The position numbers were made by a program, and so were the translations under genes. The notes under the pieces are model-generated. The model did not search any database, was not told the origin of the DNA, and worked only from the letters and a program-made list of their open reading frames with translations. Below, piece by piece: positions 1 to 26,790 of a stretch of 64,000 bases of DNA. Origin of the DNA: the human T2T-CHM13v2.0 reference genome, Homo sapiens; assembly GCF_009914755.1 (NCBI RefSeq), contig NC_060946.1; one strand, given 5' to 3'. Position 1 is the stretch's first letter. Each line of letters begins with the position of its first letter.

Positions 1-5430
<5,430 letters not shown>

Positions 5431-5499
5431 TTTTAATTTATATGTCTTGGGTTAGTAGAATGGTTGACTTTTTTTTTCAGTCGTTCCTTCAAATAGTGA

Positions 5500-5900
5500 G
5501 TCCTCTGCTAGGCTCTATTTGTGGAATATTCTTGTTCTTCTTCAGGGATGTTTGATAGCTCTTTTTTTTCCACAGATGTTTGATATTTCCTTTTTCATCT
5601 ATTGTGTTCTTACCATTTCTAGGATGTTTCTAGGCTTTCTATTCTATTTCCTGTTCTGTACCACACTGAAATGCCTGCGGTAGCTTTACAATTTGTTTTG
5701 ATATCTGTTAGGGCAAGTCTACCCTCATGCCTGCTTTTGTTCCCAAGGGGGGAAAACCATAGCTGTTTTCGGCTATTTATTTTTCCAGGTGAACTTAGAA
5801 TTTTGTGAAGTCTAAGAAATGTTGTTAGGATGACATTAAACCTATACATCCATTAGGAAAGAAAGGTTGCATCATCAGCTTGGCGAAGGGTTATTGAAAC
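5500..5900 (-). mobile_element. Old L1 (L1M) ORF2 fragment
   Basis: T-rich degenerate antisense L1-like motifs (e.g. ttttccaggtgaacttagaatt). Confidence 0.5.
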
Positions 5901-6854
5901 TGGTTTTTGATCTTGACTGGAGCTGGGGCACAACTTCCCTGTAAGGCAGACCTGGGCTCCTCTTGGACTTGGGCGACCTCGATAGTGGTGTGTTCCTTTG
6001 TTTGGTGTTCAAAGTAGAGAGCGGTCCATTAACTAGCTCCCTAGAGAAGCAGTGGCGGCTCAGGCCAGCCCAGCCCCTGGGAAGGCTATCTGCATGGCGG
6101 CCGGGAGCCCGGGTCCTGGTGGGCCGGCTCGGGCAGGCGCTTGACCCCTGGGGCCTGCGAGGGGCTGCGGCCACCGGAAGGGGCTGGCTGAGCGCAGCGT
6201 GCTGGGTCCTCCGCGCCCTCGGAGCAGGTAGGGTTCGCGGGGGTGCGCCCGCGGGGGCCCGAGGGGCGCTGGGGTCACGGGAGGGGCGCCCCTTCTCTTT
6301 TGCACCCAACCAGCCCGGGCTTCCCCAGGAGCCCAGACCCCCGAGCTTGCAGTCACTGCTGGCTGCGCCTTTGAGCCTCGGGCAACCGCAGGGAGCGTCG
6401 AGCAGGGGTCGCAAAGGGGTCGGGGAGGGGGCGCGTAGGCCGATAGAGGTCCCTAATTCGGGGCTCCTAGGGGTCAGGGTAGGGCTAAAAGGGGGTAAGT
6501 CCACCAGAGTTTGAGGGGGTGGGCGTCAGCCTGTCGGGGGGGGCCAGGGTCCCTGTCCCGGGGGCCGGTATGCGGTCCGGGTATTTCAGGGGCGAGGTCG
6601 CGGTCCTGCCCTGGCGCTTGAGGTCGGAGTCCGGTTAGATGTCCGGGGTCTGGGTCCCCGGCTCCTCCCGCGCACCCCTCCCCCACGGCGCCGGACCCCG
6701 GCAGCCCGCCCCGCCTAGTGCTGGGACCGCTGTCCGGCCCGGCCCCGCCCCCGCAGGCCCCGCCCCTGTTCACAGGCCACGCCCCCAGCTGCCCCCTGTC
6801 CCCGCCCCGCCGCTCGCCCATTCAGATGTGGGTCAGGGGTGAGCGGGCGGCGCC

Positions 6855-6880
6855 GACGTCACAAGCTTCCAAGATGGCGC
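6855..6880 (+). promoter_or_regulatory. Core-promoter motif cluster: CRE-like GACGTCA, ETS-like GCTTCC, YY1-type CAAGATGGCG
   Basis: gacgtca 6855-6861, gcttcc 6865-6870, caagatggcg 6870-6879. This arrangement is typical around the TSS of CpG-island housekeeping promoters. Confidence 0.65.
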
Positions 6881-7050
6881 TGGGCGGGCGGCTGTGAGCG
6901 GCGCTCGGGGCGCGCTAGGCGGGGAGCCGAGCCGGGCTGGCGGCAGGCGGACGGGGCGGGCGCGTGCGGCGCGAGCCGGGCGCTGAGGACAAGGGCCGCT
7001 GGTAGGGCCGGCCGGCCGGCGGGCGGAGCGCCGCCGCCGACGCACACGAG
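6870..7050 (+). pseudogene. Exon 1 (HIC2-derived 5' UTR exon; 5' boundary approximate)
   Basis: Donor cacgag|gtgagg at 7050/7051. Contains the short uORF MALGGRL* (6874-6897). The ~25 kb distance to the MVSGPLALR exon fits the recalled HIC2 structure. Confidence 0.75.
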
Positions 7051-10000
7051 GTGAGGGGCGGCCTTGTGGGGCGGGGGGCGCGGGGAGCGGGCGGGGGCCG
7101 GGGCCGCGGGCTGGGCGCGTCCCCGGGGAGAGGGGCGTGGACGCGCGCGCGCCCGGGCGACGTGGGACTGCGCGCGTGGGGGACGCGCTAGCGTCTGGCG
7201 GGCCTGGGCTGGGGCGCACGCGGGACCCCTGGCAGGCCCGGGCTTTGTGGGCCAGATGCCCGGAGGGGCGCGGGCGGTGGGGCACCCGGGGCACAAAGCC
7301 CACCGGGCCGCGCCAGGCCCAGGCGGCGCGGGTCTGCGGAGCGGGGGTCGGCGGGCGAGCGGGCGCCGGCTCTTTGTGCCTTTTCATTAGCAATCTAATC
7401 CGAACAGCGTCGGGCGAGCTGCGCTGCCTGACAGGCGGGAGGGCTCCCATTATGCAAACGGCCCTGCGCCCGCGTTCGCCCCCTCGCTAGAGGATTTTGC
7501 GATTTCCAGGACTGCGGTCCTGCACCGTCTGCGGTCTCCTCTCCTCTTGCCTCCTCCCCGCGGGAAGACTGGCCACGGCAGGGGCAGGGGCGGGCCTGGA
7601 GGGGCCGCTCCCAGAGGGCCGGGCTCTGCGGCTGGTGGGCTCGCTGCCCTGCCCCCAGACCTCTCCTGTAGGCAGCCGCTTGGCAGGAAGAGAGATGGGC
7701 TTGGGGGAGGGGGTCGGCTTTCAGGGGGAAGGGACCGGCTGGCTGAGGGAGGGGGCTGAGGGGCCCCAGCTTGTCACTCTCTGTTTATCTTCCAAGATGG
7801 TTCATATTCACACAGGCCTGGGTGTGTGCGTGGTTGGGGGGGGGGGGGGAATGCCTCTCCCTGGGGGGCAGTGACTTGCTGAGAGGAGGGAATGAGGCCA
7901 GATAATGCTCCCAACGGCCCCACCCAGAACTGCCTGGGACTGCCTGTGTAAGGGAGCCCAGTGCTGAGCCGGATGGGTTGGAGCGGTGTTAAAGTTATTT
8001 ATCCATGTCTTCTCCTGTCCCCCGCACCCCTAGTCTTTTCTAGTAGGAGTTGCCAAGCACATCTGGAAAGCTGTGTTCCCCGACCCCCCACTCCCCCAAC
8101 AGCAGGAGGGGTGTAACCCAGGGAAGCCACCCCTCTGACATATGTGCTGGGGGGAGGGGCAGAGCCTTGCCCCTAGGAATCCTGTGGCGGTGGGTTGTTG
8201 ACTGATGTGGGATTGCTGTGTCTCTTGTGCTGTCGGAGAGCTGGCAGGTAGTGGAGGGGCCTTGGGAGCTCCTAGGCTGAACTTGGGGCTGTCCTCCAAG
8301 GATCCAGGATGGAGGGATGGAGCTGGGTCACTCAAACCTAAGGCCTTTCTGGGTCTAGCATTTATTGCTTCCTGGCTTCTGGCTTGGCTTCTTTTCGTCC
8401 ATTCTCATCTGCCAGTGTCTGGACTCCCTGGGCCTTCAGGCAGGCATTTTCAGGAGCACAGGCCATGTGGTTGGTCTGGAGCCCTGTGTCAAGGAGAGTG
8501 TGCGTGCTTGGTGGAGCAGGGTTGCTGGAGTAGTGTGAAAAAAAGCAGATGAGCTGGCCTCTGGAGACAAAGCTGTGTGGCAAGACTGCTGGTTTAGTGG
8601 GCTCTGAACACCAAGAACAGGGCCGGGAGTCTGATACTTGGGGGCTGAACTGAGTCCTGTGGCGCAGGATTGTTGCCTGGAAGTGAACGTTCCGTCTTGT
8701 GCCATTGAGACTGTGAAGATCTCTGGGTCCCACAGGACGAGCAGTAGACTTGGAAGGCTGGGAAGAGGCTCCCCAGCTGCCTGCCTTGGGAGGTCAGAGC
8801 TCTCAGGTGGGTCGGCAGGCCAGTGTCGGGCTGGGGGAGGGAGGTTGTAGTAGAGTGCCTGTGGCCCAGCTTCTCTGGTCAGTTGGCTCTGAGTGCTGCT
8901 GTGTGCCCAGCAACCTCTCCCTGCGGTGTTTTTCTGCCAGTTGTTGGAACTTGTAGATTAGTCACTGAGTTTTTACGACCGATTCCTGAAAAGAAAAATC
9001 TCCCTCTGGTTGCTGCCTCTGTGTAGAGGAAGAAGCAGCCCGAGGGAGTCAGGCCTTTAATTAAAGCAAAACCGAAATGATTGTCGAAGTTGCTGGAAGG
9101 AGAAGAGAAGGCGCAGGTGGGGCAGGGGTGATGAGTCCTGTTGTGCTGCATGATACCTGCTCTGGGGACAGGTAGGCACGATCCCATCCTCGATCCTTGG
9201 TCTTGGCCAGCAGCCCAGCCTTCTCCACAAGCTGCAGTCGCGGATTAATCCTCACGTAGTGTTTTCTTTCCGTAGATCAGATTTCTCATTTTGTTAATAA
9301 GCGCAGCCTCCCATCCACTTGAAGTCAGCTGTTGTGGACGAGGAGCAACAGGGTTTTGCATTATTGAGCTGATAGCCTGCCGCCTCCCCTCAAGTCCTTA
9401 TTGTTTGCGGGGTCAGATCTGAGGGGTGGGGAAGTGCCATTTAATCAGCAGCCAGCCCCTGGAGAAGAGCTGGCGGGGCAGTTCTGGAGAGTGAGAGCCG
9501 TGAGGAAGGAATAAAGTTCAGTTTACCCAGGGGACTTGTGGTTCCAACCTTATTGCTTGGTCTGTTGGCCTGGAGCAGTCAGCCCCACCCCATACCTTGT
9601 CCTGCCCGCTGCCCCCAGTACCTGATCCCTGGGAGAGTGGGGCACTTCTTCTGGGCTGCTCTTGCTGGCCTGGGAGGCAGCTTTCACCGCGGGAAGAAAG
9701 AACACATTGGGTTCCTCCCTTCTTGTCTCCTCCGAGCCTGGCCTAGGACGGACCCCTGTGGGGCAGTGAGAGGGGAACTGGACTTGGTCGGTCGCAAAGT
9801 CTGTAGTGCATTGCTGGCTCTGCCATTTACTCCCGTCATGACCTTGAGCAGTGATTGACTCTCCTGCCGGGTTTCTACAATGGGAACAGAACTGGAGTTT
9901 ACATTCATGTATCGCTGTTTTCTGGAGCTCAGCCTAGGGAAGGCAGACACTCAACAAATGATTATAAGATGGGGTGATAAGGGCTGGCATCTAGCGGAGC

Positions 10001-13000
10001 GCAGAGGGCATAGCGGTGGCGTGGGAGGAGCCGGCCGTGGGCTGGCTGAGAACCCTGGATGCCATGTGGGTTGGGGTTGGCCTGGAGGGGAGGGGTTTTA
10101 ACCAGGAAGTGACTGCTACTGGGTTTTAAAAGGCAGTGGTAGGGTAGAGGGTGGCAGTGGAGACAGCTGGAGAGCACTGAGGACGCGGACCCACGGGTAC
10201 TGTGTGAGCTGTGAAGCCCGCTTGGGAGACCCCACTGCCAGCCAGGCATGTATGCGGCTCTTTTTCAAGCTTTTTATTCATTCCGCCACATTTTCTGAGC
10301 GCAAAGTCAGTGCCTGGCCCCCTTGGTTTAGACCAAGTCATGTTGGCCCCTGCTTTCTGGTGCTCACAGACTTGCCTGGGCGGGGTGATAGAGGCGCTTG
10401 CAGTTCAGCACGCGGCCCGTTCTCCTCTGGAGGAGGGAAGGAGCTGCTTTTGGAAGTTAAGTAGCTTGCTGGGGGCTGGAGGGTAAATGCCTTTGACTCC
10501 ACCGCCTGTGGAGGCCCATATAGTGTGGTGTCTGGAGAGATCTGAGATCGCACTAGGGAGGATGGGGCTGAAAGCCCCCTCCCTAAGAGAGGTCCTGGCT
10601 CCCATTTAGGGGCTTCTGAACCAGCCCTTCCAGTTTGACTCTGCCTGGCACCGCCAGGGTTCGCTTCCTGCTGGGAGGGGCCTTGCCCTAAGGGTTAGGG
10701 ACCTGGGCTGGGGGAGGGCTCTGAGGAGGGGCTGGGCCCCGAGGGACTGAGGGACTGCAGGCTTGCTTGCCTTGAGCCCAGTTTTAGCTGGGAGTGGCAA
10801 AGCGAGAAAAGCTGGTGGGGATGGGAGCTCTGTGTGGGCCCCCAGTGAGCTTGATAAGGGAGGAGAGGCTGGGAGCTGGTTCCAGCCCGCCAAAGTTCAG
10901 GAGGGAAGGGCCAGACTGCCTGAGAGGGGTGTGGCGGGACTGAGTGGGGAGAGGGACTCCAAGAAACTGCTTGGGACCCTCGGGAAGGTGGCCAGGCTTT
11001 GGGGAGCCCCTCCTTCTAACTATTCAATTTATTTTTTATGGTAATGTTAGTGGGTGGAGAGTGGGAGTGCAGCCTCGGTGTTAGAACAGGGGGACTTGGG
11101 GGTCCTTCTAATGGTGAGAGGGAACAGGGATGGGTCAGCTAGGTGCTCTTACCTAGAGGCACCGGTTTTTTGTGAGGTGGGCAGCGCATCGTAGGATCTT
11201 AGGTGCATGTTTTCTGTTTAAGGGTGATCACACATGGGGTGTGGTGAGGAGGGAGTATGTGGAGTCCCCAGCCTTCCTGTGGCAGTTCCCAGTGTGACTA
11301 AAAGAAGGCAGGGATTGGGTTTGGTTAGGTGGGTGCTTCCAGGTGAGAGTTGGCCTGCTGTGGAAATGGAAGAGCTCCTGGCTCTGGCAGGGGTGTGGCT
11401 GCTGTACAGACTTGTCCCCTGCCGTCCCGGGCTGTTGCCCTGCGGCTTGGGCTTCGGCTTCATTCCACCGGGTGGGTGGGTTCTCTGACAAGTGTGGGAA
11501 GGGGCCGCTCCCATTACCACACTGAGGCCTGAGCCCCTTTGAGGGGGAGGATCTGTTGCATGGCCTTTGCAAGCCCTCACCCCTGCTGCGGGTCGGGCGG
11601 TGAGGCCGCAGCACTCGGAAGACGGTAAACTGTTGGTGAGCTCTCATTCACAAAGTAAGTGAGAAGGGAGAGTGGGGACTGGGACTTCGGTGGCCTGTCC
11701 TTGTGTGGACACAGTGGGGCTCTTCTGGGTGATGAGTGCAGGCCGCACATTCACCCAGCACACGTTGCCCATGCTGCCTGGCAGAGGCCTGCCTGCTGGT
11801 GCTCTGGTTCTCACCTTGAGCTATACCTGTCTCTGGGGTGGGCCCAAGGCACTAGCTTTTCCTGAAGCTTTTGAAGTGAACCTGATGTGCAGCCAAGTTT
11901 GAGAACCGCTCTTCTAGCAGGTGATGCATCTTTGTTGATAATAGAATCCACAGGCGGAGGGATGAGTAGCCCGCGCTTTTACCTGCGGTTCTCACTAACT
12001 GCTTTACTCCGAGGGCCTGGTGGGGTCAGCGGTTACCCAGTGAATGAGTTGGCAGAATCAGTCATGCCTGTTCCTGGGTAGTTACTGGGCACAGAGGGTG
12101 AACAGCAGGAGGAACCTAGCCCATGTGCACTGTTGGCTTCTCCTGGGAGGTCCTCTGGAGAGCTGCCTATAGCCCTCAGCTGTAGGCGGGTCCTACTGAC
12201 CCCGTAGCACGGGCTTTTGGAGTCTGCCTGGCCTGGTTTCCTGGCTGCATTCTTGGGCTCTCGTTGGCCTGTATGTAGTCTGGCGGGACCTCACATAGTG
12301 CAGTTTGGGTTGAGCGGAGGTGGCCAGTAATGGGGGCCCCTGGGACTCCTGGGACCTCTGTCTTCTTCTCCCTGGAAGAGAAGAGATTTGTCCCTGAGGT
12401 TGGTTTCTTGGGCTGTGTTATCTGGGCAAGGTATATGAGGCCACTAATAGGGGCAGAGAAGGAAGAGTGGGAGGGGACTGAAGGGGGACGGGAGACAGAG
12501 AGCTTCAGGTAGGGCCTGGCTGGGCCTGGCCCCCTTTGCTGGAACAGAACAATAGGTTGTTCTGGGGTTTTGTTTGTATTTGAGGGAGAGAGGCTATAAG
12601 ACGGCTCCTGCCAGCTAGGAGCAGCCTATCATGTGAGGGGACGGGTAGGCCCCTGGGTGTGGTTTTGGTCAGCATCCTGGGTAGGAAATCTTGCCTCTTA
12701 GAGGTGGGACAGCAACCTGGCCAGGGGCAGTAGAGGAGATGGGAAAAGGGGCTCAGAAGGAAGGGGGTGGTGCACATCTTGGTAGCTGGGTCCAGGTGGT
12801 CCTGTCCTGAGTGAGTGATCTGGGGGTGGATTCCTGCCCTAGGTCTTGCGCCCCTTCACCCCAGCCCTGTCCGGGACCCCATGGCCCTTCCCCTTTATGG
12901 AAGCAGCTGCTATTATAGTTTCTGTCTGGCTTGTACCAGGGTACTTGGCTTAGAAGATGGGAAGAGGATGGTCCCCACGGAGTTCTGACAGAAGGCTAGG

Positions 13001-14369
13001 AAGGTAGTGGTGAAGAGGGTAAGCACTCATCCTGGGCTCGTTCCTGGGCTCAGCCTGGCAGTGGGCATTCTATGCCCGGTTCAGTTGTCAGAACACACCG
13101 GTGTGGTCCTCATCATCTTGTCAGTCCTCGTTGTACAAGTGGCTCAGAGAAGTTAGAGTCGTACATCTAAGAAGTGAGTGGCGAAGCTCCAGGTGAAGTG
13201 TGTGAAAGCCTCGGACACATTTGTGAGTGAGGACTCCTTACTCTGCGCAGTGCTTGGGCTGGAGGGCAGCTGAGGTGTTCATTTTGAGTGGGGTAGTGGG
13301 TTGGCTGCTCTGGACAAAGCCAGGGAATCTGGCTCCCAGAGTGGGAAGGTGGTCCCCTGCAGGTCCCCCATTCCTCCCCAAGGACCAGGGGCCAGAGAGC
13401 GTTCTCTGGGTCGTCCTCATCCTTCCAGTCACACGCAGCTCCTTACTGTCTGGTATGTGGGAATCTTCTGCCCCACGGCAGCCTGTGCCTTTGCCGAACA
13501 CCTCCAGGAGAGCCATGTGGGGGATGGTCTGGACGTTGCAGGGACCAGAGCCGAGCTCTTGAGATTCTCTGAGTGTGGACAAACGAGGTGCTCAGACATG
13601 GCCCTTGGTGGTGTGGGGACACAGGCAGGATAGCTCCTCTCGGTGACTCTTGGTAGATTGTCTTCTGGTAGATGGGCTGGGGGTGCGGGTTCTGGTGCTT
13701 CAAGGTGGTTGTCCTCTGACTGTGAACCAGAGCCCAGGGACCAGGCGTCAGCCCCGTGCTGGCCGAAGGGAGAGGGTTGTTGCCAAAGTCCCACATTCCA
13801 GGCATGTGTTGATGCTGATAAGGCAGCCTAGGGCTGGCCTAGCCACTTTGGGCAGGAGGGGACTTTGACTTCATGCCCCCAGCAGGCAGCATGCACATCT
13901 TGCTTCCTGGTAGCACCCCTCCCCCACCGACCCCCTCTGCTTCCAGGTGCAGGGCCCCCGCCGGGTCCTGGTCACACAGCCTGCAGAGGCAGTGCCGCTT
14001 TCAGCAGCGTTGCTGGCTCTTAGTAGCAGGCCTCTGGAGGCCTATTGATGGATTCTGCCAGCCCCGCCTCTTAGAGTATTCGAGGATGCCATTGGAAATG
14101 GCACTTCCTTTTATTTGCTGAAATTTGTTACTCTTAGGTTTGGCAGTGGGCTCCTTGTCCAAGAGTTCAGCTTTTGGGGAAGTGTAGTTTTGTGGAAAGA
14201 TGACTCCTGCTTCCTCCGTGGGCCAGTCTCTTAAGCTCTCCAGGCCTCATTCTCCTTGCCTGTAAACGAGTTGTTAGAAATATTTGAGGCAGTGCTTGTC
14301 AGCTATTCTCAAAGTTGTTTGCAGACCCTGAGGGTCCCCGATACCTTTTTCAGTATATTTAGAAGTTAC

Positions 14370-18420
<4,051 letters not shown>

Positions 18421-18875
18421 AACAGTAATAGAGAAGCCACATAAGCAGATGCTCGTTAGGAGCCCTGACTATTTAAGAATGTAAACAACACAATTTTAGA
18501 ACCAGTGGCAAGGAGGGTACTGGACATTTCCATCTTCCCCACGTGCCTCCTTATCTTTCACATGTTGTTTCACTCTGTCTCTTCTCAGCATTGGGTCTGA
18601 CCAGCATTTGCTCACCTAATGAATGTTTATGAGTGCCTGCTGCATGCCTGCTGCTGTGGCTGCTTGGGACACAGGGTCTAACTTTGGGTACTGGTCTATG
18701 GGGTGGTGGGGGTAGGCAGGAGGGAAGCAGCTTGGCAGCTGGTGCTGACGTTGGAAGCGGGGGGACAACAGAGGCAGTTCTGGCTTCACAGAGGAGGGAG
18801 TCGTGAGGGGGCAGGCTCCTCCCAGAGTAGGGCACGGCCTGCAGGAGCTCTCAGGTGTGTCTGTGGAAGGGATGA

Positions 18876-23862
<4,987 letters not shown>

Positions 23863-26629
23863 TCATCCCTGGGAGATACTCTTTTAGTCTTTGTTTGGCT
23901 AGTCAAAATCCCGTCTTTAGTATCTGTTGTTGAATTTTTGTGTTTTTGTTTTTTCTGATTCCCTTTCAGCATGTCATCTCAGTCTTGTCCCAGCCCGGGG
24001 GTCAGGCGGTGTTGCGTACAGACGGTGCAGTGGCTCCTTCATGCTGGTTGCCTCAGAGCCTTTGCCAGGCCTGGAGAACTGCATAGGTGCAGGACTGCCA
24101 GTAGTTCTTCCTGCTCTTTGATCATTGAAATGTTTTCTTTTGTGAAGTAATGATGGTAGAAGATGATAGGGTTTCTGTTTGTTTCTAATTCTAGTCTTTA
24201 CTTGGCATTAAGAAATTGTTAGCTGCTAGGGTTGATTTTGAAATTGTGAAGTTGGAGAGTCCCTCCTGGAGCTGTGGGTTGGATGGCTGCAGCTCTGTGA
24301 CTCAGCTGTGCTGGGTGCCTCCCTTTGGGGCTCAGTTACCTCCTTTTAAGGTGTCCCTAGGGTGAGAGAGATGATCACGATAGTCCCTTCCACCTGGGCG
24401 GCCCAGGCTTTCCTCGCCCATTTAGTGCCTTTCATGTAGAATTTCCACCTGTTGTCTGCTGTGCTGCCACTGCTTGTCCTCCCTCCCTGCCACACAGAGC
24501 TGTGTTCTCTGCCTGCCACTCACGCCTACTTCTCTGATCAGGGTTTGTGGAACCCTCCAGCGTGGTCACCATTCTGGTACCTGTGGTAACACGCTCAGCC
24601 TTGGTGTGGCACATTCTAGGTCTACCGTTTGTATTCACCAGCCTGTGAGCTTGTGTACATGGGACATGTATCTTCGTTTTGGGGGCTTTCTCCTTCCACT
24701 TGATGCCCATCCCTTGAGCGTTTACTACTTGTGGAGCGCTTGGCTTTCAGGCCGTAGAGAGCTTTCCAATCAGTGGTGTCCAGGTAAAAACAAAAGAAGG
24801 AAAAAAAGCTTCTAACCTAGCCCTTCTCAGACTTGACTGTGTGTTTGAGCCCCCAGGGTTCTGGTGGTTAGGGCTGGATGGAGTCTGAGCCTCTGCGTGT
24901 CTAACAAGATCCCTGGTGGTGCTGCTGCTGTTTCTTGGGTCATGGCCAGTGAGCAAGAAGAGCAGGGAAGTGGGCTGGAGAGGACTGCAGAAACCAGCAC
25001 AGGGCCTGTTTTGCCTCCTGACATGTGTGGATGCCAGATTCCTGCTTTTTCCTCACCTACTAGGAACAGCGGCTGCACATCCTCTGGTGGTCTTGCGTGG
25101 GCTCCTGCTCTCTGGCTGTCAGCGAGCCTTTTACCCCATGCTCAGGCCCCTCTTAGGGGGCAGGGTAGTGTTGGGATGGAGTTTGGAGGTGAGCACAGCA
25201 TTCGTAGTCACTATCACAACCTTAAATTGTTATTCTGCTTCTTTTTTTTGAGACAGAGTCTCACTCTGTCACCCAGGCTGGAGTGCAGTGGCGCGATCTC
25301 GGCTCACTGCAAGCTCCGCCTCCCAGGGTCAAGCAATTCTGCCTCAGCCTCCGGAGTAGCGGAACTACAGGCGCGTGCCACCACACCCAGCTAATTTTTT
25401 GTATTTTTAGTAGAGATGGGGTTTCACAGTGTTAGCCAGGATGGTCTTGATCTCCTGACCTCATGATCCACCCATGTCAGCCTCCCGGAGTGCTGGGATT
25501 ACAGACCGCACCTGGCCGTTATTCTGCTTCTTAAAGCAATGTTCCCCTGCCTGTCTCCAATATCCTGTCTCAGAACTGTCAGCCAGACTGTGCCAGGCCT
25601 GGGGCCCTCCTTGGTGCCAGCACTAGCAGGGGAAATCAGCTGCAGGTCTCCAAGGTCTTCCTGGCCTCATTCCTTGCTGGCTCCAAACCCGGAAGTGATG
25701 AGGAGAGGGAGGGGACTGAGGCTGTACCTTCTGGGGGAAGCACAGTTTGGAGGCACTTTCGGTCCAGCTCTCCTCTCAGCAGCCCATTCCAGCCTTTTCC
25801 TTGTGCTGGGGTGTTAGCCCGGGCTTCCTCACCTCAGAAGGGACAGTACCCATGGGCGGGTGGCTCGGACCATGCAGGGCTTGGCCCTGCTGTGGGCAGT
25901 ACGAGGTCATCAGTAGGTCCCATGGGCATTTCAGGACGGGCTTGGGAAAGTCACTGGGCTGGGGTGGATGCTACCTCCCTCACTTTAGGCCACAGGGCTG
26001 GCCTGAGGAGCAGAGGAGGAGGAGGCCAGCCTCAGGTCCCAATCGCTGCATCACCAATGTGTTGAGTGGAACCCGAGTGTTTATTTTGTAGAAGCTGCGT
26101 TGGAGAGAGCTGGGCTCCTGGCATTTGTGGAGCCTGTTGCTTTCCAGGAGGATGGTCTGGGAGGAGAGCCAGGAGCTGCTGGCCGGCATCCAGGTCTGGG
26201 CTGGATTACATGGCTGGGCTTGCCCAGAGCAGTGAGCCCCACCCACCACCAGCCCATTCCTGAAGGGACAGGGAAGGAGGTCATGGAGGGTGGGGGTGTT
26301 CCCAGAGGAGCAGCAAGCACAACCTGGGCCTCCAAAGCAGGCTGCATGGGGGCTCCACCTTGTCACTTCTGGTGGAGGAGCTGGGCAGACCCCATGCCCT
26401 CACAGTGAGTTTGGGAGAATACACCCAGGTGGGGCCCTGCTGTGGATAGGCAGGTGGTGCTGGGGGGTGGGGGAGTGAGGGTGGAGGTGCAGACTGGAGT
26501 CCCTGCTCCTGGCACACCAGTGCATGGAGGGCGGTGCCTCCTCTAGCTCCCCCAAGCAGCTTGGCAGTTGGAAGCCATGTGTGAGTGGCATCCCTGGCCC
26601 TGCCTGCGTTGGGCGGGGGGGTCATCAGA

Positions 26630-26790
26630 CTACAACTCTGGAGTCAGGCTTTAGGTCCTCACTCTGCTACCTACATGCTCTTGTGACCCTGGGCAAGTTG
26701 CTTAACCCCCAAGAACCTTTAATTTCTTATCTGAAACTGCAGAGATAACGCCCCGCTCACTGGGCCTGTGGGAAGATTGAGGAGATCAGA
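26630..26790 (+). mobile_element. MIR fragment
   Basis: MIR core-like tgtgaccctgggcaagttgcttaacc...ttcttatctgaaa. Confidence 0.6.

Larger units (their letters stand above)
6050..7560. promoter_or_regulatory. CpG-island promoter, duplicated from the HIC2 5' end, upstream of the PI4KA pseudogene
   Basis: Very GC- and CpG-rich. Multiple GC boxes (ccccgccc) at 6700-6830, no TATA box. Surrounds a first exon with a strong donor at 7050/7051. Boundaries estimated by eye. Confidence 0.9.

Noticed and set aside
5875-7874. Overlapping 100-209 aa ORFs on both strands in the first CpG island
   Set aside because: Low-complexity G/A/R/P sequence expected from stop-codon scarcity in GC-rich DNA; no domain signal.
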